From NCBI GenBank assembly GCA_039630545.1, contig JBCNUU010000001.1, positions 32,001 to 96,000 on the forward strand: a stretch of DNA of 64,000 nucleotides, given 5' to 3'. Below, piece after piece: positions 37,677-48,585 of this stretch. The translations under genes were made by a program, and so were the position numbers. The notes beneath the pieces are model-generated. The model did no database searches. It had not been told where the DNA came from and saw only the letters and a program-made list of their open reading frames with translations. The first letter of the stretch is position 1; each line of letters begins with the position of its first letter. This stretch comes from Endomicrobiia bacterium (GTDB lineage Bacteria; Elusimicrobiota; Endomicrobiia; DTEH01).

Positions 37677-39624
37677 ATTCTTCTTATGTGCGTTTTTGGG
37701 AGTTTCTTTTTTGTTTTGTTTTAATAATGATAATATGATGCTTACCGCAGAAAAAATTGTTTATGAAAAAGAAAAAAATATACTCACAGCAGAACAAAAT
37801 GTAGAAGTAAAATATAAAGATATTCATTTGCGAACAGAGTCCTTAATTTATGATGTAGAGAAAAATGTTATATACATTGACACTACTACCACACTTTTTT
37901 ATAAAGGAGATGAGATTTTTTTAAAAAAACTTTTATATGAAATAGACAACCAACTAATAAAAATACATGATTTTTATATTCATTACCATCCTTATTATAG
38001 CTACAGCAAAGAGTGTATTATTCAAAAAGAAAAGTTTTTTCTTACAGATTCGAAAGTTACACATTGTAGTTTAAGAAGACCTCATTATTATTTAGCATCT
38101 AAAAAAGTTATAATTTATCCTCACGATAAAATAATAATTTACAATCCTAAACTTATTATAAGAAATTTTCCAGTTTTCTGGCTTCCTTATTATAAAATTT
38201 CATTAAAGCCAACAAAAGATTATTTAGTGGTGGAGCCTGGTTATGAGAGTGAAAGAGGTTTAACGACAAGATTAAAATACGGAAGAAAATTAACAGAAGA
38301 TTTAGAATTAAGAGTAAACTGTGAGAATTACTCTAAAAGCAGTATTGGTTTATCTTCAGAGTTAAGATATGACTCTGATTTTTATAACGGCATTATTTAT
38401 TCCTGTTATATTTCTGAATTTGAAACTAAAACCAACCGTTGGAATATAAGAATAAATACCACAAATAGACTTCCATACAGATTTTCCTTCAGAACAAATT
38501 TAGAATTTATAAGTGATGAAAGTTTATATTACTATTATAATAAAGAAAGTTGGTTTTTATTAAAAAGAGAATTAAACTCTTCAGCGTCTTTGTCATGGGA
38601 TACACAAAAAATTTCAGCTAGAAGTTCTTATTTAAGGAAAGATATTTACTCTGATGAACACCAGAAATTTATCAACTCCGAAGTTAAAATGCCATCGGAA
38701 ATTACAGTCTATCCTTTTAACATAAGTAAGTTGAAAATATCAAACAGTTTGAAAATTGTACCATCTTTGATTGAAAACTCTACATTTTATAAGTTTAATA
38801 CAGAAAACAATTTTTCTTTAAGTATTCCTTTGGCAGTTTATTTTTTAAGTTTTACGCCTTCATTAAATATAGTTTCAAATTATATATATCATGTAAACGA
38901 TTTGTTTTATAATATCTACGGAGTAATTTTCCCCTTAAGAATAAATATTATAAAGAGGGGAGGATTGGATCTTGTATACAGCTATAAAATAAAAACTAAA
39001 GAAAACAGCTTTGAAGTCTTGGCCTCAACATCTGCTTTCAATAATAGTTTGCAGGTAAGGTTGGATTTTTATTATAAAAGGAATTTTTTTAGATGTTATA
39101 CTACATACGACTTTTTAAAGCAAAATAATGTTTGGTATTATAACTTTACTCCTGTAGTAACTAATATAGGATTTGGATATAAGTTTTTAGATTTTCAGAT
39201 ATATAAAGAATATCTTTTGCAAAAAAGAGTTATCTCTAATTTTCAATTTTCATTAACTGCAGCTATACCTAAATATAATAGAATATCTTTGGGATATGGA
39301 CAAAATTATTATCAGCCAGAGACTCATTATTTTTCTACTCAATTAGATCTATATTTTCCTGACAATTTTCAGTTTAAATTAAAAGCATCAACAAATTTTA
39401 CAAAAAATAAGTTTGAGTTTCCTAGTGTGAGATTTGATTTTTATAAAGATCTTCATTGCTGGGAAGCAATGATTTTTTGTGATTTAAGAAAATCGCTTTT
39501 GACATATGGTCCAGATTATATTTATGAAGTAGGAGGAAATATAGGTTTAAAATTTAAACCATATGTTGGAACGGGTGGTAAAGTTTCAGATATAGACAAA
39601 AGATATTATCCATGGAGAGAATAA
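37654..39624 (+). CDS. lptD: LPS-assembly protein LptD-like
   Basis: OstA-like N-domain, T.C...PHY, P.FWLPY and C-terminal DLHCWE. Confidence 0.8.
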   Translation: MKVFSPYKFFLCAFLGVSFLFCFNNDNMMLTAEKIVYEKEKNILTAEQNVEVKYKDIHLRTESLIYDVEKNVIYIDTTTTLFYKGDEIFLKKLLYEIDNQLIKIHDFYIHYHPYYSYSKECIIQKEKFFLTDSKVTHCSLRRPHYYLASKKVIIYPHDKIIIYNPKLIIRNFPVFWLPYYKISLKPTKDYLVVEPGYESERGLTTRLKYGRKLTEDLELRVNCENYSKSSIGLSSELRYDSDFYNGIIYSCYISEFETKTNRWNIRINTTNRLPYRFSFRTNLEFISDESLYYYYNKESWFLLKRELNSSASLSWDTQKISARSSYLRKDIYSDEHQKFINSEVKMPSEITVYPFNISKLKISNSLKIVPSLIENSTFYKFNTENNFSLSIPLAVYFLSFTPSLNIVSNYIYHVNDLFYNIYGVIFPLRINIIKRGGLDLVYSYKIKTKENSFEVLASTSAFNNSLQVRLDFYYKRNFFRCYTTYDFLKQNNVWYYNFTPVVTNIGFGYKFLDFQIYKEYLLQKRVISNFQFSLTAAIPKYNRISLGYGQNYYQPETHYFSTQLDLYFPDNFQFKLKASTNFTKNKFEFPSVRFDFYKDLHCWEAMIFCDLRKSLLTYGPDYIYEVGGNIGLKFKPYVGTGGKVSDIDKRYYPWRE

Positions 39625-39648
39625 GGTTTATAATTTAAAATTTAAATA

Positions 39649-39677
39649 TTGACAAAATAAATTAAATTTTATATTTT
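39649..39677 (+). promoter_or_regulatory. Probable sigma70 promoter for the ABC operon
   Basis: TTGACA-N17-TATTTT in the intergenic gap. Confidence 0.5.
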
Positions 39678-39732
39678 TGAAATCTAATTTAAAACTCTTT
39701 TCCTTATTGTCTTTTTTAATTATTTTAACACC

Positions 39733-40653
39733 ATGATAGAAATTAAAAATGTCACAAAGACTTTTGGTAAAGTAGTTGCTTTAAATAATGTTTCATTTGA
39801 TATCAACGACAATGAAATTTTAGGACTTTTAGGTCCTAACGGAGCAGGCAAGACTACGTTGATGCGTATTATTACTGGCTTTTTAATTGCTGATAGTGGG
39901 GTGGTAAAAATTAATGGAAAATTAAATTCTGAAGAATCATTAGATCTAAAAATGTTAATAGGATACTTGCCTGAAAATAATCCTCTTTATGAAGATATGA
40001 ACGTATATGAGTATCTTGATTTTATAGCAGAAACTAGAAATATTAAAAATAATAAAAATAGGATAAAAGAAGTAGTTGAAATATGCAAGTTAAATGATGT
40101 TTTATTAAGAAATATTTCAGAACTTTCTAAAGGATATAGACAAAGAGTAGGATTTGCAGCAGCCATCCTACATGATCCCAAAATTTTAATTTTAGATGAA
40201 CCTACAGCAGGGTTAGATCCAAATCAAGCTCACGAAGTAAGGCAGTTAATAAAAGAGTTTAAAAAAGACAAAATAATAATTCTTTCTACTCATATACTTT
40301 CTGAAGTTGAAGAAGTAGCTGATAAAGTAGTAATAATAAATAAAGGAGAAATAATTGCTCAAGGTGATATTGAGGATCTTCACAGTTTGGTTATGAAGAA
40401 AAATGTAATAAAAATAGCTGGCAAATTTAATAAAGACCTAACAGAGTATCTACCAATTTTAATAAAAGGCATTTATCAAATAAAATTAACTTCTCAACAA
40501 GATGAGATAAAAGAATACGAAATAGAGACAGAAAAAGATGTGGATATAAGAGAAGAACTTTTTGAGATAGCTGTTAAGGAAAAATGGAAATTAGTTGAAC
40601 TTCATAGAGTATCTGTTTCTTTACAAGATATATTCATGGAGTTAACAAAATGA
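39733..40653 (+). CDS. ABC transporter ATP-binding protein, GldA-like
   Basis: GPNGAGKT, LSKGYRQRVG and LDEPT motifs. Confidence 0.93.
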   Translation: MIEIKNVTKTFGKVVALNNVSFDINDNEILGLLGPNGAGKTTLMRIITGFLIADSGVVKINGKLNSEESLDLKMLIGYLPENNPLYEDMNVYEYLDFIAETRNIKNNKNRIKEVVEICKLNDVLLRNISELSKGYRQRVGFAAAILHDPKILILDEPTAGLDPNQAHEVRQLIKEFKKDKIIILSTHILSEVEEVADKVVIINKGEIIAQGDIEDLHSLVMKKNVIKIAGKFNKDLTEYLPILIKGIYQIKLTSQQDEIKEYEIETEKDVDIREELFEIAVKEKWKLVELHRVSVSLQDIFMELTK

Positions 40654-41360
40654 GAAGTCTAAGCAAAGAAAGGATATTAACAATATTCAAAAAAGAATTT
40701 AGATTATATTTTAATTCTCCTATTGCATACATTGTAATTTCTATATTTCTTGTAATATCCGGATTTTTTTATTCTAGACCATTATTTATTCAAAATTATG
40801 CTACAATGAGACATTACTTTGATGTGCTTCCACTTTTTTTGTTGTTTTTTGTACCTGCTATAAGCATGAAAATTTTTTCAGAAGAATATAAAACAGGAAC
40901 TATAGAAGTTATTTATACTTTACCATTTAGTAAATTAGATATCATACTAGGAAAATATCTTTCAGTATTAACATTAGTCTGTGGAGGAATAATATTGACC
41001 TTGATTTATCCTATTAGTTTGTTTTTGATTGGTAAACCAGATGTGGGAATGTTGTTTTCTAGTTACTTAGGAGTTATTTTTCTTTGTATATTTTTTTGTA
41101 GTATAGGTGTTTTTGCTTCTAGTGTTACAAAAAATCAGATAGTAAGTTATATTATAGCCTTTTTTATAATGTTTATATTTTTCATTATAGGCAAAATGGG
41201 AATGTTTTTACCTCAATGGTTATATTATGCAGGAATAGATTTTCATTATGATAACTTTGTCAGAGGAATAATAGATATAAGAGATATAATATTTTTCATT
41301 TCCTTAGCTGGATTTTTTATTTACCTTACTTATGTTTCTATGTCATATAGAATAAGATGA
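40650..41360 (+). CDS. ABC-2 permease, GldF-like
   Basis: KE...YFNSPIAY, EE.KTGTIE, TKNQIV and RGIID.RD motifs. Confidence 0.88.
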   Translation: MRSLSKERILTIFKKEFRLYFNSPIAYIVISIFLVISGFFYSRPLFIQNYATMRHYFDVLPLFLLFFVPAISMKIFSEEYKTGTIEVIYTLPFSKLDIILGKYLSVLTLVCGGIILTLIYPISLFLIGKPDVGMLFSSYLGVIFLCIFFCSIGVFASSVTKNQIVSYIIAFFIMFIFFIIGKMGMFLPQWLYYAGIDFHYDNFVRGIIDIRDIIFFISLAGFFIYLTYVSMSYRIR

Positions 41361-42910
41361 AAGACAAAAAGAATTTAATAATAAATGTAGCTTTTGCAGT
41401 GATAGTTATAATTTTATTAAATTTAATCTTTTACTTTGGTTTTTTTAGAGTGGATCTTACTTCAAACAAAATTTACTCCTTATCTAAAGCTTCAAAAAAA
41501 TTAGTCTCAAAATTTGATGACTACATAATCATCAGAGCAGTATTCAGCAAACTTCTTCCTGAACAGTTTAAGTTTATAAAACTTTATGTGGAGGATATAC
41601 TTAAAGAATACAGAATAGCATCTCGTGGTAAAATAAAATTTGAATTTATAGATCCTCAACAACCAAGATCCAAGTTTAATGAACAGGAAATTCAATCTAT
41701 GGGTATTGTCCCTGTAGAATTTACGGTGTTAGAGAAAGATAAATTTGAGGTTAAAAAAGGCTACATGGGGTTAGCAATGCTTTATAAAGACAAAAAAGAA
41801 GTAATACCAGTGGTAAACAATATAGAAACCTTAGAATATGATATTACATCGGCATTAAAGCGTCTTACAATGAAAGAAAAGAAAGTGCTAGGTGTTTTAA
41901 GCTCTCATAGAAGTAACACATTATCCGGAGATAATTACTTTAGGTTCAGACAACACATTGAAAAGACATATAGTTTAAAAGAAGTAGAAATTTCCTCTGA
42001 TAGTCTAAAAGATATAGAAGGTTTAGTAATAATATCTCCCAAAGAGAACTTTGATAATAAAGAGTTATTCTACCTAGATCAATATATTCTTTCAGGTAAA
42101 CCTGTAGCATTTTTATTAAGTAGATATAATATCAATCTTCAAACTTTTTGGGCATATAAGATTTACTCTAACATATTTGATTTATTGGCTCACTATGGAA
42201 TTGAATTTACAGAAGGATTAATTGCTGATTATAAGTGTCAAAGAGTTCAACTTACTTCAAGGCATGGTTTTTTCATAATGACAAATTTAATAGATTATCC
42301 CTATATGCCTATAGTAACAGATTTAAATAAAACTCATCCTTTAGTAAAAGACATTTCTCAAGTAGTTTTGCCATTCGTAGCTTCTATTAGTGTCAAGTCA
42401 GATCTAAAAGATGTTTCTTATACTATTCTAATGAAAACTTCAAAACATAGTTTTATTAAAAAAGATGTCTTTTCTATTAATCCATTGACAGTTGATTTCA
42501 AAATGCCTAAAGATGCGCAAAAGGGGCCGTTCATTGTAGGTGTAGAGTTAAGAGGTAAGCTAAAAAGTTTTTATGAAAAAGAAGAAAAATTTAAAGAATT
42601 GAAATTAAATTTAAGCTCATATCTAAAAGAAACCACTCAGAATAAGGAGTCAAGAATTTTAGTGATTTCTACAGGTGAATTTGTAGAGCAAGAATTAGGA
42701 TTGTTGTCAAATATATTTGACTATCTAGCTCAGGAGCAAGATCTGCTTTCTATAAGAGGCAAAGATGTGACTCCTTCGCCTTTAAGAGTTGTATCGCCTA
42801 CATTTAAAATAGTATATAGGTACTTTGTTATGATTGTACCTACTGTTTTGGTAATAGGCTTTGGTATGTTAAGATGGTATTATAGGAAAAATAGGTTGAT
42901 ACAGTTATGA
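41357..42910 (+). CDS. GldG-like ABC auxiliary component
   Basis: DLT.NK.YSLS..S, LEY.IT and LDQY...G motifs; N- and C-terminal TMs. Confidence 0.88.
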   Translation: MKDKKNLIINVAFAVIVIILLNLIFYFGFFRVDLTSNKIYSLSKASKKLVSKFDDYIIIRAVFSKLLPEQFKFIKLYVEDILKEYRIASRGKIKFEFIDPQQPRSKFNEQEIQSMGIVPVEFTVLEKDKFEVKKGYMGLAMLYKDKKEVIPVVNNIETLEYDITSALKRLTMKEKKVLGVLSSHRSNTLSGDNYFRFRQHIEKTYSLKEVEISSDSLKDIEGLVIISPKENFDNKELFYLDQYILSGKPVAFLLSRYNINLQTFWAYKIYSNIFDLLAHYGIEFTEGLIADYKCQRVQLTSRHGFFIMTNLIDYPYMPIVTDLNKTHPLVKDISQVVLPFVASISVKSDLKDVSYTILMKTSKHSFIKKDVFSINPLTVDFKMPKDAQKGPFIVGVELRGKLKSFYEKEEKFKELKLNLSSYLKETTQNKESRILVISTGEFVEQELGLLSNIFDYLAQEQDLLSIRGKDVTPSPLRVVSPTFKIVYRYFVMIVPTVLVIGFGMLRWYYRKNRLIQL

Positions 42911-43866
42911 AAAATTACATTAGATGGTTAATTTTGATAACTATTCTTTTAGGTATCTTTTTTGTAAGATTGTTTAAAAGAACTTATAGTTTTTCTAAAA
43001 AGATATTTAAAAATAAAGAAGTCGTTGAGATAGAGTTTACCAGTTTAGATAATAAGAATATAAATATAAAAAAAGAAGCGAATACCTGGAAAGTAAAAAC
43101 CTTGGCAAAGAGCTATCCTCCTAATGAAAATTTAATTAAAGAATTAGTGGAAAAAATAAATAAATTTGAACTTCTTGATGTGGTAACAGAGGATCCTAAA
43201 AGGTATGAAGAGTATCTAGTAAATGAAGCTTCGGCTACGGTTGTAAAAATATTTTTTAAAAAAGAAAAAAAACCAAAAATAGTGTATTTTGGTAAAACAG
43301 GTGGATTTTCTTTTAATGAAATTTATGTAAGGATAGAAAAAGATCCTAAAGTTTATCTTGCAAAAGGTATCAGTAGTTTCAATTTTAAAAACTACTTCTA
43401 TGAGTTTTGTGATAAAACAGTTTTAAAATCCAATGTGGATGAAATAGAGACTATAAGTATAGATTTTCAGAATAAGATTCTTTCTTTTAAAAAGGAGCTA
43501 AAAGATTCTACAACCAGCTGGATAAATTTAAAAACATCTAAATCAGTAGAGCTTCAAAAAATTGACAATTTTTTAAGATTATTTTCAATTTTTACTTCGG
43601 ATGTTATTTTAGAGGAAACAGATTTAGAAGATGTTAAAAAATTGAAAATAGATTTTAAAATAGCTATAGATTTTAAAGATAAATCAAAAATAGAGTTAAC
43701 TTTTTACAAAGAACAAAAAATAAGAGACATTCCTGTCTATCCTGTCAAGATAACCTATACTACAAAACCCTCTTCTGTAGAAGTAATAGGTGTTGAAGAT
43801 ATTATGTATGGCGTGTATAGATATAAATATGATGATTTCACCAACCGCATTACTCCGTTAAAATAG
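42907..43866 (+). CDS. DUF4340-like protein
   Basis: N-terminal TM and G......YVR.....VY pattern; usual position after a GldG-like gene. Confidence 0.75.
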   Translation: MKNYIRWLILITILLGIFFVRLFKRTYSFSKKIFKNKEVVEIEFTSLDNKNINIKKEANTWKVKTLAKSYPPNENLIKELVEKINKFELLDVVTEDPKRYEEYLVNEASATVVKIFFKKEKKPKIVYFGKTGGFSFNEIYVRIEKDPKVYLAKGISSFNFKNYFYEFCDKTVLKSNVDEIETISIDFQNKILSFKKELKDSTTSWINLKTSKSVELQKIDNFLRLFSIFTSDVILEETDLEDVKKLKIDFKIAIDFKDKSKIELTFYKEQKIRDIPVYPVKITYTTKPSSVEVIGVEDIMYGVYRYKYDDFTNRITPLK

Positions 43867-43923
43867 TTTATTTAGATATTGTTTTCTACTTTTGTATTTT
43901 GTAAAAATAAAATCTTAAATTTT

Positions 43924-45501
43924 ATGAAAGAAAAAATTTATATTTTTGACACAACTCTAAGAGATGGGGAACAATCACCTGGTGCTTCGCTTACTGCTAA
44001 AGAAAAATTAGAAATTGCTTTTCAACTTGAAAAATTAAATGTAGATGTAATAGAAGCTGGTTTTCCAGTGGCATCTTCGGGAGACTATGAAGCGGTTTCA
44101 TTAATTGCTAAAAATATAAAAACTCCCGTAATAGCCGCTCTTGCTAGAGCAAAAAAGGCAGACATAGAGACAGCCGCCTCCTCATTAAAAAACGCAAAAC
44201 GTCCAAGAATTCACACCTTTATTGCCACTTCTGATATACACATTAAATATAAACTTAAAATGACAAGACAACAGGTACTAGATGCAGCTGTTGAGGCTGT
44301 AAAATATGCCAGAAAATTTACAGATGATGTTGAGTTTTCCTGTGAGGATGCTGCCAGGTCTGATTTAGATTTTATGTGTAAGGTTATAGAAGAAACTATT
44401 AAAGCAGGTGCTACTGTAATAAATATTCCTGATACAGTAGGTTATTCTGTTCCGGAAGAATTTGGAGAAATTATTAGAAAAGTAAAAAACAAAGTTCCAA
44501 ATATAGACAAATGTATAATTTCTGTTCATTGTCATAATGATTTAGGTTTAGCTGTTGCAAACTCAATCTCAGCTATAATAAATGGAGCAAGACAAGTTGA
44601 ATGTACTATTAATGGTATTGGAGAAAGAGCGGGAAATGCCTCTTTAGAAGAAATAGTAATGATTATAAAAACTAAAGGAAAACTTGGTCTAATGGAAAAT
44701 TTTTATACTGATATTAACACAAAAGAAATATATCCAACAAGTAAATTGGTATCAAACCTAACAGGTATAGTAGTTCAGCCAAATAAAGCAATAGTAGGAA
44801 AGAATGCTTTTAGGCATGAATCTGGTATTCATCAAGATGGTATAATTAAACAAAGATTGACCTATGAAATAATAAGTCCAAAAGATGTAGGTGTACCATC
44901 AAGTGAACTTGTTTTAGGGAAACATTCTGGAAGACACGCATTAGCTAAGAGGTTAAATGAATTAGGATATAAAGTAAGCAAAAAACTACTTGATAAAATT
45001 TTTGTTAAATTTAAAATATTAGCAGACAAAAAAAAGGATATTTTTGATGAAGATTTAATTGCTATATTAAATGAAGAGTTAGGAAAAGAAAATCAGCAGT
45101 TAGAATTAAAGTATTTTCATATAAACAGTGGAACAGGGATTATTCCTACAGCTACAGTTGAGTTAGTTGTTAAAGAAGGCTCAAATCAAAAGGTATTAAG
45201 AGAAGTAGAATATGGCGATGGGCCTGTTGATGCGGCATATAAGGCTATAGATAAAATTTTACTTAAATTGTTAAATTTAAAAAATCCACCAAAACTTGTT
45301 GACTATCAACTTAAAGCGATTTCTTCTGGAAAAGATGCTCAAGGAGAGGTAGTTGTGAAGCTAGAATATAAGGGTGATTTTTTTACTGGAAGGGGTGTTT
45401 CTACTGATATAATTGAAGCAAGTATTAAATCTTACATTTCTTGCTGGAATAATATGTTAATAAGAAAAAAATTTTCTAAGAAGGTAAAGATATCTTTATA
45501 A
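43924..45501 (+). CDS. leuA: 2-isopropylmalate synthase
   Basis: [26 protein letters not shown] and regulatory GDGPVDA motifs. Confidence 0.96.
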   Translation: MKEKIYIFDTTLRDGEQSPGASLTAKEKLEIAFQLEKLNVDVIEAGFPVASSGDYEAVSLIAKNIKTPVIAALARAKKADIETAASSLKNAKRPRIHTFIATSDIHIKYKLKMTRQQVLDAAVEAVKYARKFTDDVEFSCEDAARSDLDFMCKVIEETIKAGATVINIPDTVGYSVPEEFGEIIRKVKNKVPNIDKCIISVHCHNDLGLAVANSISAIINGARQVECTINGIGERAGNASLEEIVMIIKTKGKLGLMENFYTDINTKEIYPTSKLVSNLTGIVVQPNKAIVGKNAFRHESGIHQDGIIKQRLTYEIISPKDVGVPSSELVLGKHSGRHALAKRLNELGYKVSKKLLDKIFVKFKILADKKKDIFDEDLIAILNEELGKENQQLELKYFHINSGTGIIPTATVELVVKEGSNQKVLREVEYGDGPVDAAYKAIDKILLKLLNLKNPPKLVDYQLKAISSGKDAQGEVVVKLEYKGDFFTGRGVSTDIIEASIKSYISCWNNMLIRKKFSKKVKISL

Positions 45502-45510
45502 TTACTATCA

Positions 45511-46791
45511 ATGAATATCAAACCTCAAACAATTACTCAGAAAATAATTGCTAAGCATTCTAACAAAAAATATGTAGAAGAAGATGAGTTTGTTTTAGCA
45601 AATGTGGATTTAGCCTTAAGCAATGATGTGACCACACCTTTAGCAATAAAGCAGTTCTATAAAATATTTGAAGGAATAAAAGAACCTGAACTTTTTAATA
45701 AAAACAAAATAGCTATTGTTATGGATCATTTTACTCCTAATAAGGATATAAACTCTGCACAACAGAACAAATTTACTCAAGAATTTGCCAGGAAGTTTAA
45801 AATAAAACATTTTTATTTTGGAGGATGTGCTGGTATAGAACATGCTTTGCTTCCTGAAGAGGGTTTAGTTTCTTCAGGAGATTTAGTAATAGGGGCAGAT
45901 TCTCATACTTGTACTTATGGTGCTTTAGGTGCGTTTGCTACAGGTGTTGGTTCTACTGATTTAGCTTTTGTGTGGGCGACGGGAAAGATATGGCTTAAAG
46001 TTCCAAAAAGTATCAAAGTTATTTATTATGGAAAACTTAATAAAAATGTAGTTGGCAAAGATTTAATTTTAGCAACTATTAAAAAATTAGGAGTTGATGG
46101 AGCAAACTATAGAGCTTTAGAGTTTAGCGGCGAGGTAGTTTCTAAATTAAGTATATATAGCAGATTCACAATGAGTAATATGGCAATAGAATGCGGAGCG
46201 AAAAATGGAATTTTTGAACCCGATGAAACAACATACAGATACTTAAAACAAACAAAAACGAAAATTCAAAAAGAAAAATTTTTAAAAAGTGACAAAGAAG
46301 CTAAGTATGAAAATATTATTGAGATAAACTGTAACGAGGTTTATCCTCAAGTAGCCTTACCACATTTACCTTCAAATTGTGTAAATGTTAGAGATCTAAA
46401 AGAAAAAATATATATTGATCAGGTTGTAATAGGTTCATGTACTAACGGCTGGTATGAAGATCTTTATTTGGCAGCAAAAATATTAAAAAATAAAAAAGTA
46501 AATCCTAACGTAAGATGTTTAATTTTTCCTGCCACACCTAAGATTTACAAACAAGCATTAAAAAATGGACTAATAGAGATTTTTCTTAATGCTGGTTGTG
46601 TGGTAAATCCTCCTACCTGTGGGCCATGTTTGGGAGGCCATTTAGGAATTCTGGCAGAAAATGAAAAAGCAGTTGCCACAACCAACAGAAATTTTATAGG
46701 CCGTATGGGCCATATTAAAAGTGAAGTTTATCTTACAAATCCAATAGTTGCAGCTTACTCTGCAATAAGAGGATACATAGCTGATTCTTAA
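45511..46791 (+). CDS. leuC: 3-isopropylmalate dehydratase large subunit (short HacA-like type)
   Basis: DH, GADSHTCT, IGSCTNG, CGPCLG and NRNF.GRMG motifs; follows leuA. Confidence 0.92.
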   Translation: MNIKPQTITQKIIAKHSNKKYVEEDEFVLANVDLALSNDVTTPLAIKQFYKIFEGIKEPELFNKNKIAIVMDHFTPNKDINSAQQNKFTQEFARKFKIKHFYFGGCAGIEHALLPEEGLVSSGDLVIGADSHTCTYGALGAFATGVGSTDLAFVWATGKIWLKVPKSIKVIYYGKLNKNVVGKDLILATIKKLGVDGANYRALEFSGEVVSKLSIYSRFTMSNMAIECGAKNGIFEPDETTYRYLKQTKTKIQKEKFLKSDKEAKYENIIEINCNEVYPQVALPHLPSNCVNVRDLKEKIYIDQVVIGSCTNGWYEDLYLAAKILKNKKVNPNVRCLIFPATPKIYKQALKNGLIEIFLNAGCVVNPPTCGPCLGGHLGILAENEKAVATTNRNFIGRMGHIKSEVYLTNPIVAAYSAIRGYIADS

Positions 46792-47513
46792 ACTTTTTTA
46801 TTATATTTTCTTAGATATTTAATAAGTAGCTGCATATCTTTTGGCAATGGAGCAGTTAATTCTATTTGTTGTTTTTTTCTAAAATGGAAAAACTTAATCT
46901 TGTAAGAATGTAGTGCTTGTCTTTCTATTAATGGTTTTTCTGAATTTTTCTTTTTATAGTTTTTTTTAATTGAGGATAAATAAAAGCAGTTTTTACCACT
47001 GTAAAGTTGGTCAGCCACTACTGGATAGCCTATTGTAGTAAGATGAATTCTTATTTGATGGCGTCTTCCTGTTAGAGGTTTAAGTTCTAGTAATGTGTAG
47101 TCTTTAAATTCTTCTAACACTTTATAAAAAGTTATAGATTCTTTACCATCTTTAAAATCTATTTTCATTCTTTGAGGATTGTTTTTGTCTTGAGAAATAG
47201 GAAGTTCAATTTTTCCTTCCTTTGTAGGCAGGTTTCCGTATACTACTGCTAAATATGTTTTTTCAACTTCATGAAGAAAAAATCTTTTAGTTAATTCCTT
47301 ATGAGCTAAAGGATTTTTGGCAAAACATACTATTCCTGAAGTATCTTTGTCAATTCTATGAATAATATATACCCTGTTGTAGTATCCTTCAAGAATCTCA
47401 AGTAAGTTTTCTTTAAATATCTCAAATCTATCTGGTATTGTAAGTAATCCTGGCGGTTTGTTTATCACTATATAGTCGTCATCTTCATAAATTATCAATG
47501 TTTTTATTTCCAT
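46788..47513 (-). CDS. RluA-family pseudouridine synthase, no S4 domain
   Basis: NKPPGL, HRIDKDTSG, TGRRHQIR.H and RQALH motifs. Confidence 0.93.
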   Translation of the reverse strand: MEIKTLIIYEDDDYIVINKPPGLLTIPDRFEIFKENLLEILEGYYNRVYIIHRIDKDTSGIVCFAKNPLAHKELTKRFFLHEVEKTYLAVVYGNLPTKEGKIELPISQDKNNPQRMKIDFKDGKESITFYKVLEEFKDYTLLELKPLTGRRHQIRIHLTTIGYPVVADQLYSGKNCFYLSSIKKNYKKKNSEKPLIERQALHSYKIKFFHFRKKQQIELTAPLPKDMQLLIKYLRKYNKKV

Positions 47514-47582
47514 ATTGAAAAGTATAATAAATTTTTATAAAATAATTTTCAATAAAATCGTTGATAATAGGTAAATACAAAA

Positions 47583-48095
47583 ATGTTCTTTAAAAAATTT
47601 TTTAGAGTTTCTTTATATTTTTTAGTTGGTTTAATTTTGATTAATATTTTTTATCTTTTTATTCAGGAGATATACTACTTGCCTTTTACAATTCAAATAA
47701 TAAAGCTTAAAAAATGGAAAGATAAGTTTGAAGTGTTTTTAAAAGAAGAACAAAAGAGAGTAAATTCTGCAGTGTCAGAGTTAGAAGCTATAAATAAAAA
47801 AATAAGAAATTACTCAAGAAGAATAAGTCTTGGAGAATATCATCTTATAGATAAGTATAATAGTATGGTGAATGAGTATTATTATCTGGCTAAAAATTAT
47901 GAGACTTTATTTAAAAATCACAAAAAAAATTTAATGTTATTTGATGAAAATTCAAAAAGATTAAAACGACTTATAAATGACTATGGGAGAAGGAGATTTA
48001 TTTTATTTTTACCATTTAAATTTAAATATGAAGTCAAAAGAGGCGAAGTTTCCTATAAGATATCTAAGTTAGGTGCTCATGAAAATAATAGGTAA
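47583..48095 (+). CDS. Hypothetical protein (N-terminal TM plus coiled coil)
   Basis: 170-aa ORF filling the gap before leuD; no recognised motif. Confidence 0.6.
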   Translation: MFFKKFFRVSLYFLVGLILINIFYLFIQEIYYLPFTIQIIKLKKWKDKFEVFLKEEQKRVNSAVSELEAINKKIRNYSRRISLGEYHLIDKYNSMVNEYYYLAKNYETLFKNHKKNLMLFDENSKRLKRLINDYGRRRFILFLPFKFKYEVKRGEVSYKISKLGAHENNR

Positions 48096-48585
48096 AGTAT
48101 ATAAATGTCCTGATAACATTGATACTGATGTAATCATTCCTGCTAAGTATCTAAATACTTCTGATGAAAAAGTATTAGCTTTACATTGTTTGGAACCTTT
48201 TGTAGAACAAACCGGGAAAAAAATTTCTGCTGAAAATATTATAGTTGCAGGAAAAAACTTTGGATGTGGGTCTTCAAGAGAACATGCTCCTTTGGCTATT
48301 AAAGCTTTGGGGATAAAATGTGTTATTGCTGAAAGTTTTGCAAGGATATTTTTTAGAAATGCGATCAATATTGGACTACCAGTTGTAGAGTTGAAAGACG
48401 CATCTAAATTTTTTGTTGATGGTGAAGAAATAGAGGTAGACTTATCTTGTGGGACTGTTAAAAAATTTTCCAGTGGAGAGTTATATAATTTCCCTCCTTT
48501 TCCTGAATTTTTACAAAAGTTAATTTTAGCTGGTGGTCTGGTTGAGTTTTTAAGAGAAAGTTTGATAAATGGCAAAGGAATATAG
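48079..48585 (+). CDS. leuD: 3-isopropylmalate dehydratase small subunit
   Basis: DNIDTDVIIPAKYL, NFGCGSSREHA and SFARIFFRN motifs; SD aggtg before ATG 48079. Confidence 0.92.
   Translation: MKIIGKVYKCPDNIDTDVIIPAKYLNTSDEKVLALHCLEPFVEQTGKKISAENIIVAGKNFGCGSSREHAPLAIKALGIKCVIAESFARIFFRNAINIGLPVVELKDASKFFVDGEEIEVDLSCGTVKKFSSGELYNFPPFPEFLQKLILAGGLVEFLRESLINGKGI

Noticed and set aside
48069..48575. 168-aa minus-strand ORF
   Set aside because: Antisense shadow of leuD.
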